DNA from: Bacillota bacterium
GTDB lineage: Bacteria > Bacillota > Clostridia > Monoglobales > Firm-18
Direction: 5' to 3'
Assembly (NCBI GenBank): GCA_022706765.1
Contig: JAKJBX010000009.1
Location: 4,924 to 68,923, forward strand
DNA: 64,000 nt
The notes beneath the pieces were generated by a model. It worked only from the letters and a program-made list of their open reading frames with translations, did no database searches and was not told the origin of the DNA. The position numbers were made by a program, and so were the translations under genes. Shown piece by piece: positions 27,864-37,061 of this stretch. Positions within the stretch are counted from its first letter, which is position 1. Each line of letters opens with the position of its first letter.

Positions 27864-28598
27864 GTGATGATTATTTATTTGGTCATATTATACCTGATGA
27901 TATACAGCTTTATCGGCTGGACAATGGAGTCGGTCTATGTGTCGGTCAAGTTAAAAAAGCCCGTCAACAGAGGGTTTTTAAACGGTCCCGCATGCCCGAT
28001 TTACGGCGTGGGCGCCCTTATCCTAATCACTTTCCTTGCCCCTGTCAGCCATAACCTGCCTTTGCTTTTTGTGCTCGGACTCGTACTGACCTCCCTTTTG
28101 GAATATGCCGTGGGGTTTGCCATGGAAAAGCTGTTTCACGCCAAATGGTGGGACTATTCCGACCAAAAATTCAACATCAACGGCAGGGTTTCACTGAAAA
28201 ACTCCATTTACTGGGGCTTGCTCTCGGCGCTTTTGATGACGCAAGTGCACCCGAGGATCACGCAGCTGGTGGATATGATCCCGAAAAACATCGCCATGTT
28301 TACGGCGTGGGCGTCCTTTGCGATGCTGCTGGTCGACACGGCGGTAACCATTCCGACTGTCATCACCTTAAACACCAGATTAGCGTCGCTGCACAAAGTT
28401 TATGAGGAGTTGAATACCCGCCTCAATCTTTCGCCGGTCATTTCCGAAAAGATATACGCCCTGCATGAGCGGTACAACGAGATGGTCAGCAAGCGCAACA
28501 TCCTGCACTGGCGTATCCTGAGCGCTTTCCCAAATATCCGCTCGATAAAATATAGCGACATTTTAAATCAGCTCAAAAACCGTATGAATTTAAAATAG
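27864..28598 (+). CDS. polytopic membrane protein (putative ABC-transporter type IV / CmpB-like family)
   Basis: YSFIGWTMESVYVSVKLKKPVNRGFLNGPACPIYGVGA N-terminal signature of that family. Confidence 0.65.
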   Translation: MMIIYLVILYLMIYSFIGWTMESVYVSVKLKKPVNRGFLNGPACPIYGVGALILITFLAPVSHNLPLLFVLGLVLTSLLEYAVGFAMEKLFHAKWWDYSDQKFNINGRVSLKNSIYWGLLSALLMTQVHPRITQLVDMIPKNIAMFTAWASFAMLLVDTAVTIPTVITLNTRLASLHKVYEELNTRLNLSPVISEKIYALHERYNEMVSKRNILHWRILSAFPNIRSIKYSDILNQLKNRMNLK

Positions 28599-28690
28599 AC
28601 GTTCGGGTGTACAGAACTTATGCAAAACTTGCATCATTGCCTATCATACAAAAAAATCACCTCGGCTTACGCCGAGGTGATTTTTTACCA

Positions 28691-29134
28691 TTATGATAAA
28701 TATTTTTTGACTGTTTCATTGACGGTTTTGCCATCCGCGACGCCCTTTGTTTTGGGTATCAGCGCCGCCATAACCTTTCCCATATCCTTCATACTTGCCG
28801 CACCCGTCGCCGCAATTGCCTCTTGGACAATGGCGTCGATTTCCTCATCGCTCAGCTGTTTCGGAAGGTATGCGAGCAGTATCTCGATTTCACGGGTAAG
28901 CTCGTCAATCAGCGTTTGCCTGCCGCTTTTTTCATAGTCGGGAAGCACGTCCCTGCGCTTTTTGACTTCCTTGGCAATCACCTCGATGACGCCCTGTTCG
29001 TCCAGCGCCGTCCTGCTGTCCTTTTCAATTTGGAGTATTGCCGCTCTCGTCGTCTGCACGGCGTTTTTTCGGACGGTGTCCTTTTCCTTCATTGCTTCCT
29101 TCAAATCGTCCATCAGCTTTTCTTTCAAAGCCAT
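28691..29134 (-). CDS. yqeY: GatB/YqeY domain protein
   Basis: MALKEKLMDDLKEAMKEKD...ILQIEKD. Classic position downstream of rpsU. Confidence 0.82.
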   Translation of the reverse strand: MALKEKLMDDLKEAMKEKDTVRKNAVQTTRAAILQIEKDSRTALDEQGVIEVIAKEVKKRRDVLPDYEKSGRQTLIDELTREIEILLAYLPKQLSDEEIDAIVQEAIAATGAASMKDMGKVMAALIPKTKGVADGKTVNETVKKYLS

Positions 29135-29283
29135 GCACAAACCCTCATTTCATACTATTTTTCATTTAAAACATAGACAAACTTGTTTGTCTACATCGAC
29201 CGCAATCAGCAGCCGTTATTTAAGGAAAACAGTATTGACTGATTCGCGCTAAGGGAATCAATTAAATACGAATCAGTTTTAAA

Positions 29284-29457
29284 CTAAAACTTCCGCTTCC
29301 TCGCAGCCTCCGACTTTTTTTTGCGTTTCACGCTCGGCTTCTCGTAATGTTCTCTCTTACGGATTTCGGATAAAACACCTGATTTCGAGCATTGCCTTTT
29401 AAACCGGCGAAGTGCGCTGTCTAATGTTTCGTTATCTTTCACTCTGATTTCTGACAC
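29284..29457 (-). CDS. rpsU: 30S ribosomal protein S21 (below the ORF-track size cutoff)
   Basis: GTG start after GGAGGGAGGGG. Translation is [57 protein letters not shown]. Confidence 0.9.
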   Translation of the reverse strand: MSEIRVKDNETLDSALRRFKRQCSKSGVLSEIRKREHYEKPSVKRKKKSEAARKRKF

Positions 29458-29522
29458 AAATTTCCCCTCCCTCCGCTACGGCAAAAGTTTGCGGCTACCG
29501 GACAAACTCCGATATACAATAC

Positions 29523-29551
29523 ATTATATCCAAAATGGATGAGTGTGTCAA
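29523..29551 (-). promoter_or_regulatory. rpsU promoter TTGACA-17-TATAAT
   Basis: Perfect consensus hexamers on the minus strand (-35 at 29546-29551, -10 at 29523-29528). Confidence 0.65.
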
Positions 29552-29556
29552 GTCTT

Positions 29557-29630
29557 TTTATTAGACAGATGATTACATCATCTGTCTAATAAAAAGAAGA
29601 TAATTCATTCCTTGGCAAAGGGTGACGGCG
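29557..29630. repeat. family A composite element copy (AT-rich hairpin plus AATTCATTCCTTGGCAAAGGGTGACGGCG)
   Basis: Hairpin TTATTAGACAGATGA..TCATCTGTCTAATAA followed by the conserved linear motif. Doubles as the metH terminator. Confidence 0.65.
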
Positions 29631-29653
29631 ATGTGCTTATGACTTATCCCCAC

Positions 29654-31996
29654 TCAGTCATTGCCGAACACCGTTTTGGCAATCGCCACAGCGCCCGTTG
29701 CATCCTTGGCGTAATAGTCCGCGCCGATGGTCTTGGCATATTCCTCGGTCAGCACCGCACCGCCGACCATGATCTTGCAGCTGGAACCGCTCCTCCTGAG
29801 TGCGGTGATGGTGTCGCCCATACTAGCGACGGTAGTCGTCATCAGCGCGCTCAGCCCTACAAGCTCTGCGCCGTGCCGCTGCGTACTGCCGACGACCTCA
29901 TCTATATCAACATTTTTTCCCAAGTCGATCACGTCATACCCATAATTTTCGAGCATCACCTTGACAATGTTCTTGCCGATGTCATGCACATCGCCCTTGA
30001 CCGTGGCGAGGATAATCCTGCCCTTCTTTTCCTGCACGGCGCCGCTGCTTTCCATATGCGCTTTTATGGCGGCAAACGCCGCCTTTGCAGTCTCGGCGCT
30101 CATCAAAAGCTGAGGCAGGAAAACCGTGCCTTTCTCAAAACCGCTGCCCACCACATCAAGCGCAGGCACCAAATAGCCATTGATGATGTCGAGCGGCGCC
30201 GTCGATTGCAGCAACTCCTTAGTGAGGTCATGCGCCTTGTCCCTTTGTCCACTCACGATGACGTCGTGCAGATTTGCCTGCTTCTGCTGCGGGGCGGTGG
30301 GGGCAGGGTCGGGTGCGGACGTTTGGCTTGCGATGTATTCGGCGCACTGCATGTCCTTGCCAGAAAGCGCCTTATAGGAATAATAAGCATTCATCACAGG
30401 CTTTGCGCAAGGGTTGATGATCGCTGCGTCCAGTCCGCTGTGCAGAGCCATCGTCAGAAACGCCGAGGTGATCACCTCGCGGCTCGGCAGACCAAAGGAA
30501 ACGTTCGACACCCCCAAAACGGTAGCGGCATTCAATGTGCGCTTGATCAGCCGCAGCGATTCGAGCGTAACCTCCGCCTGATTTTCATCCGAGCTGACGG
30601 TCATGGTCAGCACGTCAAAAATAAGGTCTTTTTTCTTGATGCCGTATGCTTTGGCGGTACTGAGAATTTTTTCGGCAATAGCAAGCCTGCCCTCCGGCGT
30701 TTCGGGTATGCCGTTTTCGTCCAGCGTCAGCGCAACAACCACGCCGCCATATTTTTTCACCAGCGGGAAAACCGCATCCATAATTTCTCGCTTACCATTG
30801 ACCGAGTTCACCAGCGCCTTACCGTTATAGAGCCGCAGCGCCTTTTCGATGACGAGCGGGTCTGCGCTGTCGATTTGCAGCGGTACGCCGGCCACCGATT
30901 GCAGCCTTGCCACTGCCTCCGCCATCATCTCCGCCTCGTCGATTTCGGGCAGCCCGACGTTAACGTCCAAAATATGTGCGCCGCAGTCGACCTGCGCCAG
31001 CCCTTCGTCTGTGATATAATCATAATTTTTGTCACGCAGCGCCTGCTTGAACAGCTTTTTGCCCGTGGGGTTGATACGTTCACCGATGACGACGGGTCTT
31101 TCGCCGAGCACGACCGCTTTTGCATAGGAAGAAACAACTGTAAAGTCTTTCTCCTTTACAGTTGCCGGCAGGATATGCATCGTCTTTTCGATCATGCGTG
31201 CGATGTGTGCCGGCGTGGTGCCGCAGCAGCCGCCCAGCATATTGACGCCGAGCTGCGCAATCTCACACATAGCCTCCGCAAACCCGTCGGGTCCCAGCTC
31301 AAAATAAGTTTCACCGTCTTTAACCTTCGGCAGTCCTGCATTGGGGTTTAAGATGACCGGCAGCGAGGTCAGCTTTCGCAGCGTGACAAGAAAGGCTTTC
31401 ATTTGCTTGGGACCCAGACCGCAATTAAAGCCCAGCGCATCAACGCCCAAGCCTTCGAGCAGCGCAACCACCGCAGCAATGTCTCCGCCTGTGAGCAGCT
31501 TGCCGTTTTCGTCCAGCGTCACGGTGGCATAGACGGGCAGTTCGGTGTGTTCCTTTGCCGCAAGCACTGCCGCTTTGAGCTCATAGGTGTCGCTCATCGT
31601 TTCGATCAGCACAAGATCGGCGCCGCTTTCCTGACCTACCCGTGCGATCTGCGCAAAAAGCGCATAGGCGTCTTCAAACGCCAGCTCACCGAGCGGCTGC
31701 AACAGCTTGCCGGTCGGTCCGATGTCGAGGGCGACCAACTTGTCCCCCGCCGCCTTGCGGGCATTTTTGACTGCGGCGGCAACAATCTCGTCCGTCTTAT
31801 CCGGGAATTTCAGCGCGTTCGCCCCAAAGGTGTTGGTTTTTAAAATGTCGCAGCCCGCCGCGATATACTGCCTGTGAATATCCGTCACAAGCCCCGGGTC
31901 GGTCAGGTTTAGCCGCTCGGGAAGCTCGCCGGCTTTCAGCCCGCTCTGTTGGAGCATGGTGCCCATCGCCCCGTCAAAATACAGTATCCTGTTCAA
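29654..31996 (-). CDS. metH: cobalamin-dependent methionine synthase (Hcy-MT, pterin-binding and B12-binding domains; no C-terminal activation domain)
   Basis: GAMGTML, GGCCGTTP and DVHDIGKNIV (DxHxxG) motifs; 780 aa. Confidence 0.9.
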   Translation of the reverse strand: MNRILYFDGAMGTMLQQSGLKAGELPERLNLTDPGLVTDIHRQYIAAGCDILKTNTFGANALKFPDKTDEIVAAAVKNARKAAGDKLVALDIGPTGKLLQPLGELAFEDAYALFAQIARVGQESGADLVLIETMSDTYELKAAVLAAKEHTELPVYATVTLDENGKLLTGGDIAAVVALLEGLGVDALGFNCGLGPKQMKAFLVTLRKLTSLPVILNPNAGLPKVKDGETYFELGPDGFAEAMCEIAQLGVNMLGGCCGTTPAHIARMIEKTMHILPATVKEKDFTVVSSYAKAVVLGERPVVIGERINPTGKKLFKQALRDKNYDYITDEGLAQVDCGAHILDVNVGLPEIDEAEMMAEAVARLQSVAGVPLQIDSADPLVIEKALRLYNGKALVNSVNGKREIMDAVFPLVKKYGGVVVALTLDENGIPETPEGRLAIAEKILSTAKAYGIKKKDLIFDVLTMTVSSDENQAEVTLESLRLIKRTLNAATVLGVSNVSFGLPSREVITSAFLTMALHSGLDAAIINPCAKPVMNAYYSYKALSGKDMQCAEYIASQTSAPDPAPTAPQQKQANLHDVIVSGQRDKAHDLTKELLQSTAPLDIINGYLVPALDVVGSGFEKGTVFLPQLLMSAETAKAAFAAIKAHMESSGAVQEKKGRIILATVKGDVHDIGKNIVKVMLENYGYDVIDLGKNVDIDEVVGSTQRHGAELVGLSALMTTTVASMGDTITALRRSGSSCKIMVGGAVLTEEYAKTIGADYYAKDATGAVAIAKTVFGND

Positions 31997-32871
31997 GATG
32001 ACTCACCCCTTATGACATCGGAAATACCGTCCATGATTGCTTCGGCGATTTCCGGCTTGTTCATCGTATAGATATGTATTCCCCGGACGCCGTTTGACAC
32101 CAGGTCGATGATTTGGTCGACCGCATAGGCGATACCCGCCTGGTAGAGCGCCTTGGGACTGTGCTCAAAACGGTCGAGCATCGCCTTGTATTTCGGCGTC
32201 AGCGTCGCACCCGAAAGCTGGGTCATGCGCCTGATGGAATGGATGTTGGTTACGGGCATAATGCCGGCGGCGATCGGGACGGCAATGTCCTTTTGCAGCA
32301 GACGGTAGAGGAAATTGTAAAACACATTATTGTCAAAAAACAGCTGGGTCACCAAAAAATCGCAGCCTGCATCCACCTTTTCTTTAAGGTGCCAGATGTC
32401 CTTTTCCTTGTTGGGATTTTCGATATGTCCCTCAGGGTAGCACGCCGCACCGATACAAAAATCACCCTTCTTTTTGATGTCCCGAATCAGCTGGGTCGCA
32501 TAGCAGTAGCTCTTTTCCGTCGGATATGCCGAATCCTTTGGGATGTCACCCCTTAGCGCAAGGATGTTTTGGATGCCGCAGCGTTTGAATTCGTCCAGGA
32601 AACCGTCAACATCGTGCGGGGTGGAGGACACGCAGGTCAGGTGCGCAAGGGCGGTAACACCCAGCCTGTTCTCGATGTGTCCGGCAATTTTGGCGGTGTT
32701 TTGGCTTATGCCGCCCCCTGCCCCGTAGGTGACACTCATATAGTCGGGACCGAGCAGACTAAGGCGCTCCACCGCCGAAACAACATTATCAAACTGCGCA
32801 TGCTCTTTCGGCGGGAACACCTCAAAGGACACCGTCACTTTTTTATGATCAAAAATATCAATGATTTTCAT
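31993..32871 (-). CDS. metF: methylenetetrahydrofolate reductase
   Basis: SFEVFPPK, SVTYGAGG and LRGD motifs. ATG at 32871 after AAAGGAAG. Overlaps the metH start. Confidence 0.88.
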   Translation of the reverse strand: MKIIDIFDHKKVTVSFEVFPPKEHAQFDNVVSAVERLSLLGPDYMSVTYGAGGGISQNTAKIAGHIENRLGVTALAHLTCVSSTPHDVDGFLDEFKRCGIQNILALRGDIPKDSAYPTEKSYCYATQLIRDIKKKGDFCIGAACYPEGHIENPNKEKDIWHLKEKVDAGCDFLVTQLFFDNNVFYNFLYRLLQKDIAVPIAAGIMPVTNIHSIRRMTQLSGATLTPKYKAMLDRFEHSPKALYQAGIAYAVDQIIDLVSNGVRGIHIYTMNKPEIAEAIMDGISDVIRGESS

Positions 32872-32961
32872 CTTAGACACACTTCCTTTCCGCAAAGAAG
32901 TTGCATGCACAGCAAGCGCGCTGAAAGCTATGCATACAGCTTATGAGACTTAGTAGATAAC

Positions 32962-32990
32962 ATTATACTGGAAAACGCATAAATTTGCAA
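32962..32990 (-). promoter_or_regulatory. metF promoter TTGCAA-17-TATAAT
   Basis: -35 at 32985-32990 and -10 at 32962-32967 on the minus strand. Confidence 0.55.
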
Positions 32991-33063
32991 GGATAAATTG
33001 CGGAGTGCTCCGGTCGCCAATCCATCCCTTTGCATGGCAGAAAGCAAAGGTGCAGAAAATATC

Positions 33064-33168
33064 AAAAAGCGCCATACGGCGCTTTTTAGGTGCGAATCCG
33101 AAAGCCTTTGACAAGGAATGAATTCATATTTTCATGTTATAGGAAATAGAAATTTCCTGTAACATGAA
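33064..33168. repeat. family A composite element, full three-module copy
   Basis: AAAAAGCGCC-ATAC-GGCGCTTTTT, then CCTTTGACAAGGAATGAATTCA, then hairpin CATGTTATAGGAAAT..ATTTCCTGTAACATG. Confidence 0.7.
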
Positions 33169-33169
33169 A

Positions 33170-33193
33170 TGACCGTCCGTTAACGGACGGTCA
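33170..33193 (-). terminator. rplL terminator hairpin TGACCGTCCGTTAACGGACGGTCA
   Basis: 10-bp stem followed by a T-rich run on the minus strand. Confidence 0.6.
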
Positions 33194-33211
33194 TTTTATG
33201 TTTTGGTAAAA

Positions 33212-33589
33212 TTATTTCACTTCAACGGTTGCGCCGACTTCTTCAAGCTTCGCTTTAACGTCGTCAGCAGTCGCCTTATCAACGCCCTCTTTAACCTTGC
33301 CGGGTGCGCCGTCAACGAGGTCCTTCGCTTCTTTCAGACCAAGACCCGTAAGCTCACGGACAACCTTGATAACCTTGATTTTCTCTGCGCCGGCAGATGC
33401 CAGGATAACGTCAAATTCTGTTTTTTCCTCGGCAGCGGCAACGGGAGCAGCGCCAACAGCAGCAACCGCAACAGGCGCGGCAGCTGATACGCCGAATTCT
33501 TCTTCGAGCGCCTTTACCAATTCCGATAATTCCAATACTGTCAAAGCTTTAACGTCATCAATAAGTTTTGTAACCTTTTCTGTAGCCAT
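33212..33589 (-). CDS. rplL: 50S ribosomal protein L7/L12
   Basis: [19 protein letters not shown] ... [22 protein letters not shown]. Confidence 0.96.
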   Translation of the reverse strand: MATEKVTKLIDDVKALTVLELSELVKALEEEFGVSAAAPVAVAAVGAAPVAAAEEKTEFDVILASAGAEKIKVIKVVRELTGLGLKEAKDLVDGAPGKVKEGVDKATADDVKAKLEEVGATVEVK

Positions 33590-33616
33590 GATTTTTATCC
33601 TCCTAAATTTTAATTA

Positions 33617-34144
33617 TTATTGTTTTTGTTCCGCAATCGCATTAAGCGCACAAACCAAACCGCGGATGTTGCCATTTAAAACATTTGCCAAACCAGAGAG
33701 CGGTGCGTTGAAGCCGCGGAGCACCATTGCAATGAGTTCTTCCTTCGACGGCAGGTCGGCAAGCCTTTCGACGTCCTGCACCGATACGACCTTACCCTCC
33801 ACAAAGCCTGACTTGATCTCGACTACGGGATGCTTTTTGGCAAACTCCACGATGATTTTTGCGGGTGCGACCAAATCAGTCGTGTGGGTCGCAAGCGAGG
33901 TCGGACCGTGCAGCACGGGCTCTAAGCCTTCAAGACCGGCTTCCTTAGCGGCGAAGTTCGTCAGGGTGTTCTTAACCACCTTGTACTGTACGCCCGCCTT
34001 GCGGAATGCGTTTCGCAGCTGGGTGTCCTCCTCAACCGTCAGACCGCGGTAATCAATGAAAACGCCCGCTGCGGAAGCTTTGAGGTTTTCGGCGATGTCC
34101 GCAACCTGGTTTTTGTTGCTTTGTAAAACCTTTTCACTTGGCAT
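33617..34144 (-). CDS. rplJ: 50S ribosomal protein L10
   Basis: VFIDYRGLTVEEDTQLR. ATG at 34144 lies 11 nt after AGGAGG. Confidence 0.93.
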   Translation of the reverse strand: MPSEKVLQSNKNQVADIAENLKASAAGVFIDYRGLTVEEDTQLRNAFRKAGVQYKVVKNTLTNFAAKEAGLEGLEPVLHGPTSLATHTTDLVAPAKIIVEFAKKHPVVEIKSGFVEGKVVSVQDVERLADLPSKEELIAMVLRGFNAPLSGLANVLNGNIRGLVCALNAIAEQKQ

Positions 34145-34180
34145 GTATTGTTTCACCTCCTGAATAATGAACGAATAAAA

Positions 34181-34259
34181 AGCGTTCGAGCGAAAGCGCA
34201 GGCGGAATTCATTTCCGCCGAAGCGTGGAAATGACGCCGATTTTGCGTAATTTCCTAAG
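34181..34259 (-). repeat. family D repeat, inverted partial copy between the L10 leader terminator and the rplJ RBS
   Basis: GCGTTCGAGCG..GGCGGAATTCATTTCCGCC..GCGTAATTTCCTAAG is the reverse complement of the 27569-27690 type. Confidence 0.6.
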
Positions 34260-34268
34260 TTTTAAGTT

Positions 34269-34420
34269 AAAAAAGTTCCCCGCGCAAAACGCACGAGGAA
34301 CCGTAAAAAACAACAGTCAAATACTTTTACGCGCTCCTCGGCAGGATTTACACGGGCTGCGCCCAAACCTGAGTCTATGGATACAATAGATATGATAACA
34401 CTTGCACAGCGTTGTGTCAA
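34269..34420 (-). promoter_or_regulatory. rplJ promoter (TTGACA-17-TATCAT) plus L10-leader-like attenuator ending in a terminator hairpin
   Basis: -35 at 34415-34420 and -10 at 34392-34397. A ~90-nt leader ends in GTTCCTCGTGCGTTTTGCGCGGGGAAC plus a T-run (34269-34302). The position is classic for the L10 autoregulatory leader. Confidence 0.5.
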
Positions 34421-34432
34421 GTATTATTTTTC

Positions 34433-34496
34433 GAAAAAGCGCCGGAGGCACTTTTTGATACGCAGACGTGACCCTTTGCTAAGGAGTGAATTAATT
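34433..34496. repeat. family A composite element, modules 1-2
   Basis: AAAAAGCGCCGGAGGCACTTTTT, then GTGACCCTTTGCTAAGGAGTGAATTAATT. Serves as the rplA terminator. Confidence 0.6.
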
Positions 34497-34499
34497 GTT

Positions 34500-35195
34500 T
34501 TATTCTGCAATCCTTGCCGGATTGATTTTAACGCCGGGACCCATCGTTGCCGAAACCGTCACGCTTTTAAGGTACTGACCCTTTGCGGCAGCCGGCTTTG
34601 CCTTGATGACCGCCGACAAAAGCGTGCTGAAATTTTCAAGCAGCTTTTCATTACCGAAGGAAACCTTGCCGATCGGGCAGTGGATGATATTGGTCTTATC
34701 CAGACGATACTCGATCTTACCGGATTTGATGTCGGATATGGCTTTCGCGACGTCCATGGTGACCGTGCCTGCCTTGGGGTTCGGCATCAGACCTTTGGGA
34801 CCGAGCACCTTACCCAAACGTCCGACAACGCCCATCATATCGGGGGTTGCGACGACCACGTCGTATTCAAACCAGTTTTCGTTCTGAATTTTGGGGATAA
34901 GCTCGTCTGCACCGACGAAGTCTGCTCCCGCCTGCTCCGCCTCGGTGGCTTTGTCGCCCTTGGCAAACACCAAAACCCTTGCGGTCTTACCTGTGCCGTG
35001 CGGAAGAATGACTGCGCCTCTGACCTGCTGGTCCGCGTGACGGGAGTCAACACCCAAGCGGATGTGCGCCTCAACCGTTTCGTCAAACTTTGCCTTTGCG
35101 GTCTGAATAACAAGCGCCGCAGCTTCGGCAGGGTCATAAAGGCGGGCTTTATCAATCAGCTTTACGCTGTCCTGATACTTTTTACCTCTGAACAT
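34500..35195 (-). CDS. rplA: 50S ribosomal protein L1
   Basis: [25 protein letters not shown]. Confidence 0.96.
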   Translation of the reverse strand: MFRGKKYQDSVKLIDKARLYDPAEAAALVIQTAKAKFDETVEAHIRLGVDSRHADQQVRGAVILPHGTGKTARVLVFAKGDKATEAEQAGADFVGADELIPKIQNENWFEYDVVVATPDMMGVVGRLGKVLGPKGLMPNPKAGTVTMDVAKAISDIKSGKIEYRLDKTNIIHCPIGKVSFGNEKLLENFSTLLSAVIKAKPAAAKGQYLKSVTVSATMGPGVKINPARIAE

Positions 35196-35264
35196 GTTTG
35201 ATTAACCTCCTTGTGGTCAAACAGGAATATCTTCCCTCCCACGTAATTAGTGCCTGAGCATGAA

Positions 35265-35690
35265 TTACTGCTCAACAACGACGCCCATGCTTCTTGCCGT
35301 TCCCGCAATCATAGACATAGCCGCCTCAACAGATGCCGCATTAAGGTCAGGCATTTTCTGCTCCGCGATGGCGCGCAGGTCAGCCTGGCTGATGGTTGCG
35401 ACCTTGGTCTTGTTCGGCACACCGCTGCCGCTTTCGATTTTGCACGCCTTTTTGATAAGGACTGCCGCAGGCGGCGTCTTGGTGATGAACGAAAATGATC
35501 TGTCAGCGTAAACCGTGATGACCACAGGGATGATAAGCCCCGCATCCTTCGCCGTTCTTTCATTGAATTGCTTGCAGAACTCCATGATGTTTACGCCGTG
35601 CTGACCGAGCGCAGGACCGACCGGCGGCGCCGGAGTTGCCTTGCCCGCACCGATTTGCAGCTTTATATAACCTGAAATTTTCTGAGCCAT
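35265..35690 (-). CDS. rplK: 50S ribosomal protein L11
   Basis: [34 protein letters not shown]. Confidence 0.96.
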   Translation of the reverse strand: MAQKISGYIKLQIGAGKATPAPPVGPALGQHGVNIMEFCKQFNERTAKDAGLIIPVVITVYADRSFSFITKTPPAAVLIKKACKIESGSGVPNKTKVATISQADLRAIAEQKMPDLNAASVEAAMSMIAGTARSMGVVVEQ

Positions 35691-35813
35691 TTAGATACAC
35701 CTCCTAACTTGATACCGATAAAAAACCGGTATTTCTGTGGTGCGAACGGGAGCGTATTTCTCCCTCCCACTATAAAACCGCAATAAGCGGACTTTATACG
35801 AAACAAAGCGTTC

Positions 35814-36335
35814 TCAGCTGATGACCTCGACCTGATTGAATTCAAGCTCGACGGGCGTTTCACGCTCAAACATCGACACGATGACACGGATCTTGCGCTT
35901 GTCAAGATTGATTTCGTCAATGATCCCGATGAAGTTTTCGAGCGGTCCGTGCTTGATTTTCACGCTGTCGCCGACAGAATAGTTCAGCACGATGGTCTGA
36001 TGCTCGATGCCCATTTTCTCGACCTCTTCTTCCGTGAGGGGAACGGGCTTAGACGCAGGACCGACAAAGCCGGTGACACCCCTGGTGTTGCGGACCACGT
36101 ACCATGATTCGTCGGTCATCACCATTTTGACGATGACATAGCCGGGGAATTTTTTCCTGAGGACAACACGCTTTTTATCGTCCTTGATTTCAATGACTTC
36201 TTCAAGGGGAACCTGAATATCCATGATAACATCCTGCATTCCGAGGTTTTCAATGGTTTTTTCCAAATTCACCTTGACCTTGTTTTCATATCCCGAATAG
36301 GTATGCACTACATACCATTTTTCCTTGCTACTCAT
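35814..36335 (-). CDS. nusG: transcription termination/antitermination factor NusG
   Basis: KWYVVHTYSGYENKV and a KOW region. The start at MSSKEKW (36335) overlaps the secE end. Confidence 0.93.
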   Translation of the reverse strand: MSSKEKWYVVHTYSGYENKVKVNLEKTIENLGMQDVIMDIQVPLEEVIEIKDDKKRVVLRKKFPGYVIVKMVMTDESWYVVRNTRGVTGFVGPASKPVPLTEEEVEKMGIEHQTIVLNYSVGDSVKIKHGPLENFIGIIDEINLDKRKIRVIVSMFERETPVELEFNQVEVIS

Positions 36336-36612
36336 TTGTCGTCCCCGGTACGGAAGCGTTAGGTACCTCGGGCGCCTCGATCCCGGGCAGAGTCTGTTCG
36401 GTGGTGCCGACAAGGTTTTCAAAGCCCGCCTTAAAGCCGAGGTCGATGACGAAGATGATCGCACCGACAAATATCAGGCTGATGATAACGATGATGGTGT
36501 TGTTTTTGATTTGCTTAAAGGACGGCCAAACGACCTTTTTCAGCTCGGCACGCACTTCCTTGAAATAATTTACGATACCCTTAAACGGGTTCCTTTTTTC
36601 CTTCTCGCTCAT
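36328..36612 (-). CDS. secE: preprotein translocase subunit SecE (with C-terminal extension)
   Basis: YFKEVRAELKKVVWPSFKQ followed by a single TM. Confidence 0.85.
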   Translation of the reverse strand: MSEKEKRNPFKGIVNYFKEVRAELKKVVWPSFKQIKNNTIIVIISLIFVGAIIFVIDLGFKAGFENLVGTTEQTLPGIEAPEVPNASVPGTTNE

Positions 36613-36711
36613 AAATATGACCATTAGCCTTTCCGGCTCACAAAATTTTACTAAAATCTGATTACGCACTTATCGTGAGCCGGATAAGGCGTTTAAACGG
36701 TCAACGAAAAT

Positions 36712-36861
36712 TTATTTCGTTTCCTTGTGAGACGTGTGCTTTTTGCAGAACCTGCAATATTTATTCATTTCAAGGCGGTCGGGGTCGTTCTTCTTATTTT
36801 TCATGGTGTCGTAGTTCCTCTGTTTACATTCTGTACATGCCAATGTGATCTTTACCCTCAT
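36712..36861 (-). CDS. rpmG: 50S ribosomal protein L33 (below the ORF-track cutoff)
   Basis: [49 protein letters not shown]. Confidence 0.92.
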   Translation of the reverse strand: MRVKITLACTECKQRNYDTMKNKKNDPDRLEMNKYCRFCKKHTSHKETK

Positions 36862-37061
36862 GATATATACCCTCCAAAATAATATTCGTCACGTGAATGT
36901 TTGCCTTTAATCATTATGATGGTATGCTTTGTGTTTGACAGAATTCCTCTCACAAAAAAAACACCTACACGGAGCGGATTATAGAGTATCATAGTTTGGA
37001 CATAATGTCAATAATTTTTACGAATATTTTTGATGACATGTGCGAATATTTTCAGGACACA

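Noticed and set aside
29612-31351. 579-aa plus-strand ORF, the longest unexplained ORF in the track.
   Set aside because: It is entirely antisense to metH, whose motifs are unambiguous. The translation is Arg/His/Gln-rich with no recognisable domain.
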